A stretch of 58,544 bases of DNA, filler included, from Sphacelaria rigidula (GCA_964200075.2; 7 parts of 7 records of this genome joined end to end with filler, not necessarily neighbours in it); one strand, 5' to 3'; shown: positions 10,909 through 24,137, counted from the first letter of the whole stretch. Made by a program: numbers and translations. The notes: generated by a model not told the origin, from the sequence alone.

Positions 10909-11378
10909 TCACGCACAGTTGTTCGTAACGATTGTGGAGAAACAGCCGAAGTAGTAATTACTTGTCAGCCTCTCAAACCGGATTCTATTTGCTTCTTTTG
11001 CGTCCGATCCCTCGATATCATGAGGTCCGACATGAAATTTTCACAACCGTCTGTCCATTCACGGAAGTTGTGACCATGGATCATTTTGAAATTTCGATTC
11101 TTGACTCTGAAATTTTCGACATGGAGCCCCGAAATCTTAACTTTTTGCTGTGCTTTGCATGTCCTCCCTGGATTATGGATTTTACTAAATATAGTAGTTC
11201 CAATATGAAATTTACACACGCCTTTGTATACGCAACACCAAATCGTGACTTAGGCTCATTTTGATTCTCCCAATCTCCGCCCGATATTATTCGACACTAA
11301 CAATTACTGTAAGGGACAAAACAACTGTTCTGAAAAATCGAATATCCTCAAAATCTTGATTTGAAGGGTGAGATCGTT

Positions 11379-12069
11379 TTGTATTGCAAACAATCCATTC
11401 TTGTACAAATATGAGGATTTCAGCCCGTATTCATCCGATTTTCTCCCGTGGATTGATTTTTTGGACCCAGTCCGTCGGGCAATATTTTTCGCCTAGCTCG
11501 GGGGAGATGAGGGAGTCTCCCGATCTGAGCAGAAAAGTGATGAACGAAAAGTCAGCGTCCGGAGGATCGGAGAATTGGTCTGGTTTCCTCGGAGCTAAGC
11601 GAAAAACATTGCCCAACAGACTGAGTTGTGTGTGTTGTCGTCCCATCGTTTCTGGGCGCCGGTCTACACCTTTCCGTATATGTGGGCGCACCAGCCGGGG
11701 TCACAGAAGGAAGGTCAAAACAGGAGCTTTTTATTTTATTTTATTTTTTAGTACCCGCCTTTCTCCTGCGGTGCTTGCCTCTTATTTTAATCGCGAGAGG
11801 GGTTTAGCAATCCCTTTCCCTCGTCGACAGTTGAGTCGAATTTTGTTTACCCACGACATAGTCGCTCTCCACTGTTGGGCATTGTGTGAGAAAAAATCCC
11901 AGATCGCTCCGAGATTTTAACCCACGACCCAACCGTGAGGAGGTTTCGAGGTTACCAACTAAGCCACCGGGGCGACTAGGGTCCGAAAAAATCAATCCAC
12001 GAGAGAAAATCGGATGAAGACGGGCTGAAATACTCATATTTGTACAAATACGGATTGGTTGCCATACAA
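11379..12069. mobile_element. MITE-like element with inverted repeats of about 90 bp (11379-11469 and 11978-12069), interrupted by a SINE
   Basis: TTGTACAAATATGAGGATTTCAGCCCGTATTCATCCGATTTTCTC..GTGGATTGATTTTTTGGACCC is mirrored by GGGTCCGAAAAAATCAATCCAC...GGCTGAAATACTCATATTTGTACAA. Confidence 0.75.
11626..11976 (-). mobile_element. tRNA-derived SINE, full length (about 350 bp), copy 1
   Basis: Minus-strand head GTCGCCCCGGTGGCTTAGTTGG (Pol III A box) ...GTGGGTTAAAATCTCG (B-box-like), and a 3' (CA)-rich tail. Homologous copies occur elsewhere in the window. Confidence 0.85.
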
Positions 12070-12501
12070 GACTGTCGTCTGATGAGAAACACAATGCAGG
12101 AGACTCCCAGGTGTTCATATTTACAAATCATGGGAGTCTGAAATAAAACATGGTTGCTTCACAAGATTCTTGAACACCGAGATACGGTCGAATCAGTACG
12201 ATGTGCTTGCCGTGAATATCCGATTTTTTTTTTTTTACTTCCCTTCCTCGATTTCACTACTTCCGATGTGCTTTTTCACACGCGCATGCACCGAGTCATT
12301 TACGTCGCGAGGGTGACTCACTATGGATTTCGAATAACAACTCGAGATGCGAGGCGTTCTTGAAAAAAAAACGAAAATATTGTAAAGCAGCTGAACCAGC
12401 CAAAAATATTTACGGTATTGGCGCTGAACGGTTACGCGCAGCTTCATTTTAGGATTAGTGAGCTGAAATTTTGAAACTAGATTGCGCAAATCGTCTCCTT
12501 A

Positions 12502-13333
12502 GGGCGTGTCATGCAGGTAGCACTTTTTTTCGATCAAAAAATGGGGTGGTGGAACCGATTTGAGCGAAATTGTCGCGTTTTGATGCAATTGTGTCTAGAT
12601 GGATTTTCAAGCTTTCGATCGAAAAAGACTGTGAAGTTCGTAAAACGATACATGGTCACTCGTCTGCAGTACTACAGTCTGTACTGTCTGCACTGCTTGC
12701 AAGCAATGTCTTGAGTGCGTGTGTGCGTGTTTCGTGCAGGAGGATATGAAAGAAAAAGCGGGCAACGTGCAGTGCAGACAGCCCAGGATTATCAGGTTTC
12801 TCTGCTTACAATGCGACGTGAATAGAACTCCAGCAACGTGCAGCTTTGTACTGCCTGCACCGTCCATGAGCGTGCACGTAAGTCGGTTGCCCACCGTGCC
12901 ACGCAGTTCCGTCGCTGATCCCTACCATGAGAGAAGATGCCCAAGGTTTCGCCAACGAAAAATACACAAAACACACGCCTTTACTGCAGTGTATTTCTCC
13001 CTGTGCTCAACTCGTGCTCTATGCTGCAGGGTTCGCGGTGGCAGCTGAGAATGAGTTGGATGAAGTTTGCATGGTCCTGTGAACAGATGTTATCTGGCGT
13101 GGTGGTCTGTCAGATAAGAGTCGAGTGCCGCTTCGTGCTTCTCGACCGCATGTTTTATGTTTTGGATCGAAAACGATTGTTTTTCACCTCGAGTATTTGT
13201 TCTCCGCGCGCCTTTAATTATAATTTTGAGTTGAAGCCTTCTAGGAACATAAATGTGGTCGACCTATCAAATCGACAAAAAAGAAAATCGACCGCACTTT
13301 TTCGACCGAAAGAAGAGTTGCTGAGACACGCCC
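12502..13333. mobile_element. PIF/Harbinger-like non-autonomous element (832 bp) containing a fragment of another repeat
   Basis: TTA|GGGCGTGTC...GACACGCCC|TTA, a 3-bp TTA TSD. The internal 12660-12900 segment is an inverted copy of 13640-13870. Confidence 0.75.
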
Positions 13334-13955
13334 TTAGTGGCGCGCGGAGAATAAGTAAAAAACACTAAAGCTGAGCTTCTTCTATCGAAAATATGCGGAG
13401 GAAAGGTACGAAGGGGCACTTGACTCCTATCTTAGCAGACCCCCACCCCTGATACCACCCGTTCACATAGCCATGCAAACCCAACACGAATCATTTTCAG
13501 CGACCACCGCAACCCTGCAGCATAGAGCAGGAGTTGAGCACATGGGCAATACACTGTACTTGAATAGTTGGGCATGCATTGTTCATTTCTGTTGGCGAAA
13601 ACTTGAGCATCTTGTTTCATTGTCAGGATTGGCGACGAAAGTGCGTGTAAGGGTGGACGACCGACTTGCGCATACGCTCATGGACAGCGCAGACAATGCA
13701 AAGCTGCACGTTGTTCAAGTCATTTTTACGTCGCATTGTACGCAGAGAGAACAGATATTCGTGCGCTGTCTGTACTGCACGTTGCCTGCTTCTCTTTCAC
13801 TTTCTACCGTACGAAACACGCGAACACACACTCGGACACACTGCGTCCAAACAGTATAGACAATACAGCACTGTGTTGTAGACAAACGACCAAAGACCGG
13901 TTCATAAATTTCGCTGTCTTTTTTCGACCGGCGGCTCGCAATTCGCTTGGACCTA

Positions 13956-14319
13956 TGTGTTGTGTGTTTGTGTTGTCGTCCCATTTATTCTGGACGCCGG
14001 TCTACCCCTTTTGGGATATGTGGGCGCACCAGCCGGGGTCACACAGGAGAAAGGTCAACACAGGAGCTTTTTCTTTTTTTGATTTGTTTTGAGTACCCCA
14101 CCTTCCTTCTGCGGTGCTTGCCTTTCTTTTTTATCGCGAGAGGGGTTTAGCAACCCCTCTCCCTCGTCGACCGTTAAGTCGAATTTTGTGTACATACGAC
14201 ATAGTCGCTCTCCCCTGTTGGGCATTGTGTTGGGAAAAATCCCAGATCGCTCCGAGATTTGAACCCACCATCCAACCGTCAGAAAGTTTCGAGGTTACCA
14301 ACTGAGCCACCGCGGCGAC
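13956..14319 (-). mobile_element. tRNA-derived SINE, copy 2
   Basis: A box TGGCTCAGTTGG and B box GGTTCAAATCT on the minus strand. The body is colinear with 11626-11976. Confidence 0.85.
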
Positions 14320-14399
14320 CGGTCATCCAGCGGGAAAGTAACGAATTTCTCTCAAATCAATTTCACCGCTCCTTTTTTCGATCGAAACAAATGTGCAAA

Positions 14400-14581
14400 G
14401 GGCGTATCAGTAGTTTCCGAACGAAAAAGTGCGGTGAGAAACAGAAATCCCGATCTGATAAAGAATAATTTCAACCATCGTCGCTTATTTCAAAGATGGT
14501 TGAAGCCACGACCTATGAGATCGGGATTTTTGTTCTCCACCGCACGTTTTCGATCGAAAAGTCAAGTGCTAAGACACGGCC
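14400..14581. mobile_element. PIF/Harbinger-like hairpin MITE
   Basis: GGGCGT...AAAAAGTGCGGTGAGAAAC..AAATCCCGATCT mirrored by AGATCGGGATTTTTGTTCTCCACCGCACGTTTTCGATCGAAAA...GACACGGCC|TAA. Confidence 0.7.
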
Positions 14582-14774
14582 TAAGGGCCCTCCTTAGCGA
14601 AAGGGATTTTCCCCTTTTTTAAAATCCCTTTTTTCGAAAAACGATCGCTGAGTGGTGGCTGCGATACCGCTCCTCCCCCCCCAAGAAAGAAATAATAAAA
14701 ACTCAACGTGCGCAGAAATCGCCTTTTTTGAGGGGATTGCAGGAACGTGGTGGCCCCGCAAACGAAAAACATAT

Positions 14775-16405
14775 AGCTCAAGTCGTAGCTGCTCATCAGC
14801 TGTGCACGTTGTGCGTGACCTTGCTCAAAGATGTTCAAATTTCATTGAGAAATGATTATATGTGTGAGACACGCACGCGGCCGCCATTCGTCCAATACAG
14901 AGCGGATTTCCGTCAAACAAAGGCTGCCGTGTGTAGGTTAGTAGTTTTGCAAGGGCTACTGTAGCGTTAAAACTAATGCGCGTGAGTGGTGGGTGTCTGT
15001 GCGTGTTTTTTTGGGGCTGGGTGTGTAGGTGTTGTGTTGCCTTGTCGCGTCTTGTCTGTAGTATTACATGGACCTTGGACTAACGACCACATTCAGACCC
15101 GCCGCATTTCTGAACCTGCGTGCAGATCTGGTACCCGATCTGTACAAAACTGCTTCTCGATAGGACTCAGGACTGGTCGTTATGGGACCAATCCCCTGTC
15201 AAAAGAGGATTGTGGGGGAAATCCCCTTCGATCATAAGGGCCTTAGGAGCGTGTCTCAGCCCTTTATTTTTCGATCAAAAATATGCGGTGGAAAAGGAAA
15301 ACTCCGAGATGATAGGTCATAATTTCAATCATCGTAGTGTATTTTGAAGATGATTGAAATCACGACCTGCCAGATCGGATATTTTGTTCTCCGCCGCACC
15401 TTTTCGATCGGAAAATGGAGTGCGAAGGCCGTGTCTTGGCACATCAGTCTTCGATCGAAAAAGTGCGGTGGAAAACAAAAAGCGCGATCTGATAGGTCGT
15501 GATGTCAACCATCTTCAAAATCAACGACGATGGTTGAAAATACGACCCATCAGATCGGGCTTTTTTTTGTTTTCGACCGCAAATTTCGATCGAAAACTAG
15601 TGTGCTAAGTCACGGCCTAAGACACGCCCTTAGCCTACTTTTTACAATATTGTCTACCACTTGGGCGGTTGCGATGGTTGGTTTTCAATTCGACTCGATT
15701 TAAGTTTAGACAACGGAATCCAAATCTTTCATGGGGTTGTGCTCCAAGCATGCTCCTAGCGTGCGCAGAACGCGTTTTCCTCGAAATCGTCAATCGTCGC
15801 CTGGGGCGCCATTTGAGTTCTGGCAACGCCACCTGTGCGTAGGGAACACTCTGCACCCCTTGCCCGAGGGTTCTCGGTGTGCCTTCGTTGGGGTGAGGCG
15901 GGGCCTTATCGGAAGTGAGTATCACTTTTCGAAATATCACTTTTGGAGAAGTGATTGTCCCCACCACGACCAGTGCTGCGTCATATCGACAAGCAGTTTT
16001 GTCCAGATCGAAGCCCAGATCTGCACATGGGTAAAAAATGTGGTGGTTCTGGAAGTGGCCGTTAGTCCAATATCCCTGTACTGCTGCGGACAAGACGCAA
16101 CGAGGTACCACAGCGCCGACACACCGAGCCACGAAAACCGACGCATAGACACCCACCACTCACGCGCATTAGCTCAAGCGATAACTCTTCATCATCTACA
16201 CACAACAGTCATTGTTCGACGGAAATCCGTCCAGTATTGGATGAAAGGCGACCGCGTGCGTGTCAAATAGCAACCGAAAACGTGCTGCTGCTGACTGTTT
16301 TCTGAGCGTGTGCTATGCGTGCGTCTCACAAATCATCATTTCTCACCGAATTCTGAACCGATTTTAGCAAGGTCACGCACAGCATGCTCAGCTGATGAGC
16401 AGCAT
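14775..16405. repeat. Long degenerate inverted repeat (arms about 14775-15230 and 15940-16405) enclosing nested MITEs
   Basis: GCTGCTCATCAGCTG.GCA.G.TGTGCGTGACCTTGCT (about 14788) is mirrored by AGCAAGGTCACGCACAGCATGCTCAGCTGATGAGCAGC (about 16367). TGCGCGTGAGTGGTGGGTGTCT is mirrored by AGACACCCACCACTCACGCGCA. Confidence 0.75.
15246..15629. mobile_element. Two nested PIF/Harbinger-like MITEs of one family (inner copy 15427-15617)
   Basis: Outer element: TTA|GGAGCGTGTC...GACACGCCC|TTA. Inner element: GGCCGTGTCTTGGCAC...GTGCTAAGTCACGGCC|TAA. Each half forms a long hairpin. Confidence 0.75.
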
Positions 16406-18678
16406 TGACTGGAGCGGTGTGTTTTGGGTTGGGAGGGCAATGCGATCCTCAGGTTCACGTTTGATTGTGTTGACTTGTCTGTCAAGACTTCGGCTATCCC
16501 CCTGTCAACGGGATATTTTATATCCCCGTTCGAGGTGTCACAAAATCATTTTTTGCAAAAGTGATTTTTTGGCACTTCTCGGGGGGAGGGGGAGGGGGGG
16601 GGGGGGGGGGGGGGGCCCCCCCCACACCACCCCGGGGTTTTTTTCACAAAGGGGTTNNNNNNNNNNNNNNNNNNNNNNNNNNNNNNNNNNNNNNNNNNNN
16701 TTAATTAATTAANNNNNNNNNNNNNNNNNNNNNNNNNNNNNNNNNNNNNNNNNNNNGGCCGTGGAGGATGTCATGTCTGATGTCGCCGGAGTCGAGAGTG
16801 CCCAGCTGCTCGGCATGATGAGTCCAGGTCTTTTCGATCGTGAGTACCCGCCTAGTGTTGAATGCGTCGGTATCGTCCTCGCGTGGTGCAAAGTAAATGG
16901 ATACGTTTGGAAGCATCATCCCCACACGGGAGAAAAGGACGTTCTGTTTGCGCCAGTTTCTAACTTGAAATTGTTGAAATTCGCCCAGCTGTACTGAAGG
17001 GCCCGATTTATCGACTGTAACCTGCCCCATTAACTCTTGCGATCACCCTAACCCTTCGCCGCTGCCCCCGATCAATCATTTTCGCAGGATCATGCAGAAG
17101 ACGTGCAAGACGCATCCCGTTCAAGTGTCGACGCTCGGCGTGACATCAAATTGCGCAAAGTCAGCGATTTGTGTAGGCCACGTACTGTCCTTCAAGGAGG
17201 AGAGCACGGATGGGGTAGAGGTGGAGCAGGAGCGGTGGTCTTGGAGTCTACCGAGACCCAGCGTCCGGTGTTCGTTGTACCGTTGGTTGCTGTTCAGCAC
17301 AGCACGACGTTTTGTTTTTGGTTAGCCAGTTCCAAGTGCTCCCGGTGTTTTGCAGCCAATTTGCTGATGCGGTAGTATTTGTTTTCCCGTGTTGATGGCT
17401 TATCAGTTGTTTTTGATGGGTCCGTCGGCACATGTTTGGAGTGCATTTTCGGAAATCCGATGCGGTTGGCGAGAGTCCCTGGCAAAATCGATTTGCTGCA
17501 GCTCATAGACGGGAGGCGCTCCATTGGCTTCGTGCAAGAGAATCTGTTATTATCCGCTGCCATCGAGGGTGAGATCATGGAACAGAATCTAGGGTCCCAA
17601 CACGTTTTGCGACTTTTCTCGGCACGAAAATGCGAGATATCAGCAGTCATATCACACGCGATGACTTGCGCTTTCAAAAACAACGACGGAAACTGCGGCG
17701 AAATTGTTGAACAGAAAAGTGATTTTAAGATATCCACGAGTCCCAAGTCCACACGACGAATGGTGGCATCAACTACATTTGCGAATGAATTCGGGCACAA
17801 CCTGGCTAAATGGTATCTTTTACTCGAACCGCACGACTCACACTACTTTGGAGACATCTTGAACGGTGCATTTTTCCACAAATGCGACCTGTGGGCCAGC
17901 ACGCAACATTTTAAAACATTATCCTGCCATTCCATTCAGGCAACGGGTGGCAGGAATATTCCAAGATGCTACACATGTAAACGTTCCGTCTCATTATCGG
18001 AACCGGCGTAGCGAGACATGTTATGAATAAAACCTCACTCTCAATCGTACTTTCAACGCTCGATTTCACGGAAACATTGTTAGGTTTGCCGGCAGGATTT
18101 TGCACCAATGTGCGAGGTAAGCGATTTGTCCATTGATGATGCGAGCACACCCGGCCGCTGAAAGCCATGAAAGGCCTGCTCTCAATCGTATCGTAGATTC
18201 TCAATCTCACGAAAACATTGTTGCTAGCGCGCATGCTGCTCGATAATAACGCGCTCCGCCCGTGTAATTTTATTCAGTGTGTTTATTGAATTTCAATGCA
18301 GAGGTTACCCTTTGGGTGTGGAGCCGATACTGTGTACCAACCGCGGCATGACGCCTGCGGCGGCACTACCTGCTCACTACACAGCGGCAGGGTTCAGGGT
18401 GATGAAGCACACCGCAGAATGTCGTATCCCTAGCCTATCCCTGCCCTGCATTGATTTCGCGTTGTCCTATGGCGTTCGCCACATCATGAGTGCAGCCGTT
18501 GTATCGCAGCCAAGGTGTAAGCAGGATAAAAACCTCGCCACGTGCTATATTGCTACGTCACATTTTGTAAAGCTGTCCGTATTGCAGCTACAGCGTACGT
18601 TTTCTCCAGATGACACGCAGGAGTGAAAGGCTGCCTCCGCCGCTGTAATGGCTGCCTGTATCTTGAGCGAACTATACG

Positions 18679-18769
18679 GTGACACAGCCGCGGCTGGTGC
18701 GCCCACATATACCGAGAGGTGGGAGACCGGCGTTTAGAATTCATGGGCCGACAACACACACAGCACACT
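18679..18769 (+). mobile_element. 3' fragment of the same SINE family
   Basis: GGCTGGTGCGCCCACATATACC...GACCGGCG...ATGGGCCGACAACACACACA is the sense version of the SINE tail. Confidence 0.7.
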
Positions 18770-20699
18770 CGACGTTGCGCAGTACACTTTCCACATCGTG
18801 TTCGTTCAGTCTGTAAAAATGTTTTGTCCACGGTTGGGTACCCATATATCATGCAGGGCAACATCTGGGCGAATTGCATGTGAGGCAATCGCCGAAATAT
18901 TCACCTGCAAGCTCTGCTCCGGTGCACTGTAAGTTGATGACGCTAGAAGGGCACTGCCATTACCATCTTGCCGGCTGCCAGACTGTCACAGACTATCACA
19001 GACTGTCAAGACGTAAAATCCGCTAGCATTACTACCGTCTGTACGGGGGTGTTGCCCGCTTGTAAGGTACGCTTTGGAGCATAATACTCGATGTAGATCA
19101 TCCTTGTCCATGGGCAGCAAACGCTGGGGGTTCTCACTCAAGACTTTGATTTGGAGCATAATACTAGGTGGGCAGCAGCAACTGCTGCTGGTCCAGGTCC
19201 CCCTTGGAGCAGGATGCGTTTGGTGTCCGTTTGACGAAGTCATCCCCCCCCAAAAGAAATCGACATGTGTTTTCAGAGTGGAAAAATCTAGCAAGAATCC
19301 GATGGCAAGAATCCTGACGCGAAAGCGGAGTCGCAAAAAAACAGTTTGTCGAATTTTTACCCGCAGCAGAAACCAACTTCACTTCGTGAAATTGGATGCT
19401 TACACCCATCACTCAAATTGATGAACTGTAACCGATCGAGTACAAATTAGGCCAAATAACCAGATTGCGATTTTAAAACACCGTAATTTGACAGTATTCA
19501 CTTGCATGGACTTTAGTTCTGCCAAGTAGGTTGAGTCATCAGATCAAGTAACAGCAGGGCTCACCCCGCTCACGAGAACGACACAAAGGTTGTGCCCTAC
19601 CCTCTGACTCTCCGTCATTCTCCATAATATTCTCTTCTACCCTTTTTCGACAAAAAGCCCATATAAGCGTCGCCTACAACACTTTGCTTTGGCCCCTTGC
19701 CGGGGAAAAGCAAACGAGCCTACCCTCCATTGGGCAGGCACCCTGTATATCAAGGCGCTGCACCACACACACGCTAATTTTCAAGGACATGACCATATAC
19801 TACTCGAGCATAAGATGTTATTGTGACACGATCAGTTCTGATTGCTAAGAAACCTAGATCAAGGGTCTTGGAAGGTTAAACACTTGAGTTGGTCCGTCTT
19901 CCCTACTCTATATTCGGCTATCTAGGAAGGTGCGGTACATCATCACAACTCAAATTGATCAAGCTGTGACCGTTGGGTACATGATGGTTTGTTAACAGGC
20001 TACACAGGTACAAACACCTTTCGTACAGTAATTGAGAAGTACTCTGAGACTAAAGCTCTACCGAATAGTTTCGGCTATCGGATCAACTGATTGCTCAGTC
20101 CAGTTCTGCCAAATGGATCGAGTTATCAGGTCAACTGATACCAAGTGTGCCCTGTACTCGAGAACGGTAGAGGTTACGCCCTGCCCTTTACTCTCTTTCA
20201 CTTTATATATAATTTCAACTACTACGTTTTACTCGACTTTTAGGCAACATGAGCGCTGGCTGCACTATTTGCCTTCCGTCGTTTCAATCAGATCAGCCAA
20301 AGCCCTCAAAAGTCACCGTGCCACTCTCCGTGAGTCTATCAAGAAATTGTACCACACGCGCGCCGCTTTCCGACACTGGTGACCTAATACCGGGCGAATT
20401 TCGCACGATTCTTTCTAGAAACCCGAACACGTCATCAGCCTTTGCGGCGCACAAACTCTGCAAGTAAACGACAAGCGACGTCGCTCTCGGTCTTCCGAAA
20501 AATCGCCATCAACCCTCCAGCTTTGAGATGACCGTGGCGAGGATTTTGACGGCCTTAGCCATGCTTGCCAAGCTGCAGTACTCGTCCTCCGCATGGTCTG
20601 TAACACATCACGAAACGATCATCGACGCAGAGAAGTCACGGCATGGTCGTTTCAAGAGGAGTCAGCCATGTGCTCGGAGAAAACTGCGTGTCCATACTT

Positions 20700-21000
20700 G
20701 ACAACATTTTCGTGAGATTAAGAGTAGAGCGCGGATTGAGAGGGGCTTTGACCATTCGCTTCAACTCAGCCAATTTTTCGTTCCGTGCGTGCTTTCTTTG
20801 CCTCTATCACTGCCGTGCGCGTACAGCTACACGTCGATACCCTACTCAGGGATATTAAGGGCCTCGGTGGCAAAGTTGCTACGGAAATAATATCGGGCCT
20901 CGTGGAGGGGCACTTCGGAACAGAAACGATCCATTCACTAATTGACCGCTTTTCACTCTCAATCGTATCCTCTACTCTCAGTCTCACGAACACATGGTTA
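20700..21000. mobile_element. MITE-like element with inverted repeats of about 45 bp
   Basis: AACATTTTCGTGAGATTAAGAGTAGAG...GATTGAGAG is mirrored by CTCTCAATCGTATCCTCTACTCTCAGTCTCACGAACACATGGTT. Related ends occur at about 18037-18080 and 18179-18222. Confidence 0.6.
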
Positions 21001-21290
21001 GTTGTGGAGTGCGGATATCCCAAAGGAGGCAAACAAGCACGCGAAGGCGTCTCTCCCGAGCCGAACTAACGCTCGTTGCGAACGAGTCGCCACAACCGTT
21101 GGACAGAGAGAGTTTATCATCTGTTGAGTCAGCACGAGAGAAAGACTCGGGGAGCCTAGTGACGGTTTCCCTTACATCTGTCGTGAAAAAACTCAGATCG
21201 GCCTTAAACTTGACAGTTTCGTAGGTATTGATGCTCCAAATGGAAAAATCATATTCTTGACAACATTTCAAAATTTCTCCGTTCTCTGCC

Positions 21291-21720
21291 GGCTTCCAGG
21301 GGTCCCAGGATGAAGAACCCCAGAAAGCGGTACGGAACGCCTCGTAAGAAGAACAAAATTATACATCCCGGGATAGTCCAAGGAAAGCATGTACCAAGTT
21401 TGGTCGAGAATCTCGAGAACCTCAAACAGTCTTTCTCGCCTTGACAAATAATTCACCCCAAAAAGACATTTTTATACTCCAACCAAGTAGTTGGGAGTTT
21501 GCACGTTTCAAGCTCACGTTCTCGCTCAAACGCGCAAACGTTCACGCCTTTATTGGGAGTAAGACCCCGCAACTTTGCACAAATGTACTGTGGGCCACTA
21601 CACAACTTTCGATGGACGTTGTGTTTTTCACTTTTCGACATATCTCACCATTTCTCGGGAGTCCGACAGGATCTAAGTATTTTTTTCGAAGTTGTCTCCA
21701 TTCTGGGACCCCGGGAAACC
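21291..21720. mobile_element. MITE-like element with imperfect inverted repeats of about 26 bp
   Basis: GGCTTCCAGGGGTCCCAGGATGAAGA versus TCTCCATTCTGGGACCCCGGGAAACC. No TSD identified. Confidence 0.45.
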
Positions 21721-23783
21721 AACACTGATTAATCAATTGAATGATTGTCGCACATTAACTGATCCCCGAGGGGTCTAGCCGTGGTCTCCTGATAGACGTG
21801 CCCAAGAAAAGCGAAACTGAACCACGCTCTGAGGAAAAGAAGGAACAGAGAAAGAAAAAGTCAAACAGAACGACTGCAACCTTTGCTTTTTTTTCGTGAA
21901 CGACCTGTCGCCGCATAACCCAAGAAAGGGCCCCACAAAGTTTCGTGGCCGACCTCGATTAACTGATACTTGACTATTCATGTTAACATCAAGGAAGGCC
22001 CACTAATGCCATTTTACACTAAAATCAAGTAGTTTGCGGTTTTACCGTGGCACAGAAAAGTTCATCTCACAGACACGCGAGACTTCCCGCAGTTTCCAGC
22101 AGTTAGACCCTCAAATTTTGCACAAACGTGCTGTGGGTCATTACGCAAGTTTGGATGAACAAGGTTTTTTCTTTTACCCGTTTTTCGGGGGTCCAACGGG
22201 TTTTTCGGTTCTCACCATGATTTTTGTTTGATCCCAAACTTTGATAATCGAGAGACACGAACACGTTCTCAGAAGGGAAAAAATGTATGACCAATTTTGT
22301 TGGACAATTGACGGGCTGATCGGTCGTGAAGTGCCAGCACCCCGTTTTCGGTCTTGATGCTTTCGCTGGACCGAACCGATTCAGATCATTATGATGATCT
22401 ATTTCATGATTCAGCTTTTTGTTTCTCGATGCACACTTTGCTTCAGCCTAAGATCTTGTTTTTGGATCATAAACGGTCAATAACACCCCCTCGATGAACA
22501 GCGTTTTACTCCGTATTGTCCCGACAACACATATTTCGGGAATGTATCCCAAGCACAACCTGTTTCATTTTTCCGCAGGCCGATCGAATCTCACACTCTC
22601 GAGAGAAGGTGACAATTCCGTCTGCGAAAAAATCCCGACTACGTGAGCCTTATGTTTGAACGATAATTGTATTGCCAGTTGCACCATTCAAATCGGGGCC
22701 ATCGTCAGGTGCAACGGCTCCAGCTCGTCATTACTGAACGTCGCAATGTGTTCTAAACCTCAGTACGGTCACGTCATGAACCATGACATGAAAATTGCAA
22801 AACTTCCTGCTGAACTGTACCATGCAAAATGCATGCAAACAGGATCACGTGAGCCTGCGCCAGCATTCCCATTTTTGACGGTTTATTATTATTTAATGTT
22901 CATTATATCCGTCACATTAGCTCGATCTCTCGAACCCGTGGTCACAGAGCAGTTGAGGTTTATGCAGCTCAGTTGTTCAACGTTTGCATCTGGAAGCGTG
23001 CAATCCAACCACAATACAAGTGGCGGGACAGTACGATCGGTAGTACACGAGTAATTGTATTCGAAAGCCCCATACCAAATCCTCCTCACTATGGCCCGCC
23101 AGGGCAACTGACAGATATGCTGTAGCCTGAGGCGTGACTGAAAAACTCTGATGATGGCCGTTGTGTCGGTGAAGTTAGCCTGTGCCTTATTCCTTCGTGG
23201 GCGTGAGCCATACAGACATCGCAGCAGTACACTACAGCACAGTGCAGTAGTGTAAATTAGTTCAGGGGAGCTCATCTCAAAAGTGCACAACGTGCGGGGG
23301 GAAAGGACATAGTGCGAGGAAAGCGTCATTCTTACAAGGATAGGAATAAACAACGACTAGATTCAGGCAGAGTTTGCATGCATCAGCATTACGCAACCAG
23401 GTGGCGTTCAGATCGCGGAAGAAAGTGCCCGTAACATCGTGTGAGGTGAGGGAAATGAATACACTTCATCTCTGGAGCATCGGAGCCGAGCTTTTCATTT
23501 TGAAAAGCATTTCTTGAAATCGTGATGGTTACAGACATGTGAGCTCACCCATGTCTGGGTTGGGAGTTTTGGGATGACCTATGAGCGCGCAACTTGCCTT
23601 GGATGAGGGGGAGTAAGGAACGATGGATACTCGGTTGAAAGCAAGCCTGGGCTTTACCATTGCATGATGTCGAAAGGTGGGGCTTTTCGGGAGTCCTTGG
23701 TTTACGGGGAAACGGTAATATTACTGATCTCATATGTTCACGTATTCAGAATTGGGAGATACACAAAAAGGTAGTCGAACGCA

Positions 23784-24137
23784 TGTGTGTACGTTGTCGT
23801 CCCATCTATTTTGGAGGCCAGTCTACACCTTCTCGGTATATGAGGGTTCACCAGCCGGGGTCACACAGGAGGAAGTTCAACACAGCAGCTTTTTTATTTT
23901 TCGTTTATTTTCGTTCTCCGCCTTCCTTTTGCGGTGCTTGCCTTTATGTCTCATCGCGAGAGGGGCTCAGCAGTCCCTTTTCCTCGTCGACCATCAAGTC
24001 GACCTTTGTGTGCCTACGACATAGTCGCTCTCCACTGTTGGGCATTGTGTGAGAAAAAATCCCAGGTCGCTCCGAGATCCGAACCCACGACCCAACCGTC
24101 AGAAGATTTCGAGGTTTCCAACTGAGCCACCGGGGCG
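23784..24137 (-). mobile_element. tRNA-derived SINE, copy 3
   Basis: A box TGGCTCAGTTGG and B box GGTTCGGATCT on the minus strand. The body is colinear with the other copies. A possible GCATG duplication flanks it. Confidence 0.85.

Noticed and set aside
11900-11976. tRNA gene (also at about 14245-14319, 24065-24137 and 50596-50665)
   Set aside because: A and B boxes are present, but I could not form a proper cloverleaf and three of the four are fused to the same SINE body.
20785-21069. Helix-hairpin-helix-like peptide IKGLGGKVATEII
   Set aside because: It lies in a short ORF inside a MITE-like inverted repeat with no other supporting domain, so it is probably chance.
23460-23700. hAT dimerisation-domain remnant on the minus strand (FDIMQW...EYP)
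   Set aside because: Only a few residues match, across stops and frameshifts, which is too weak to call without a profile search.
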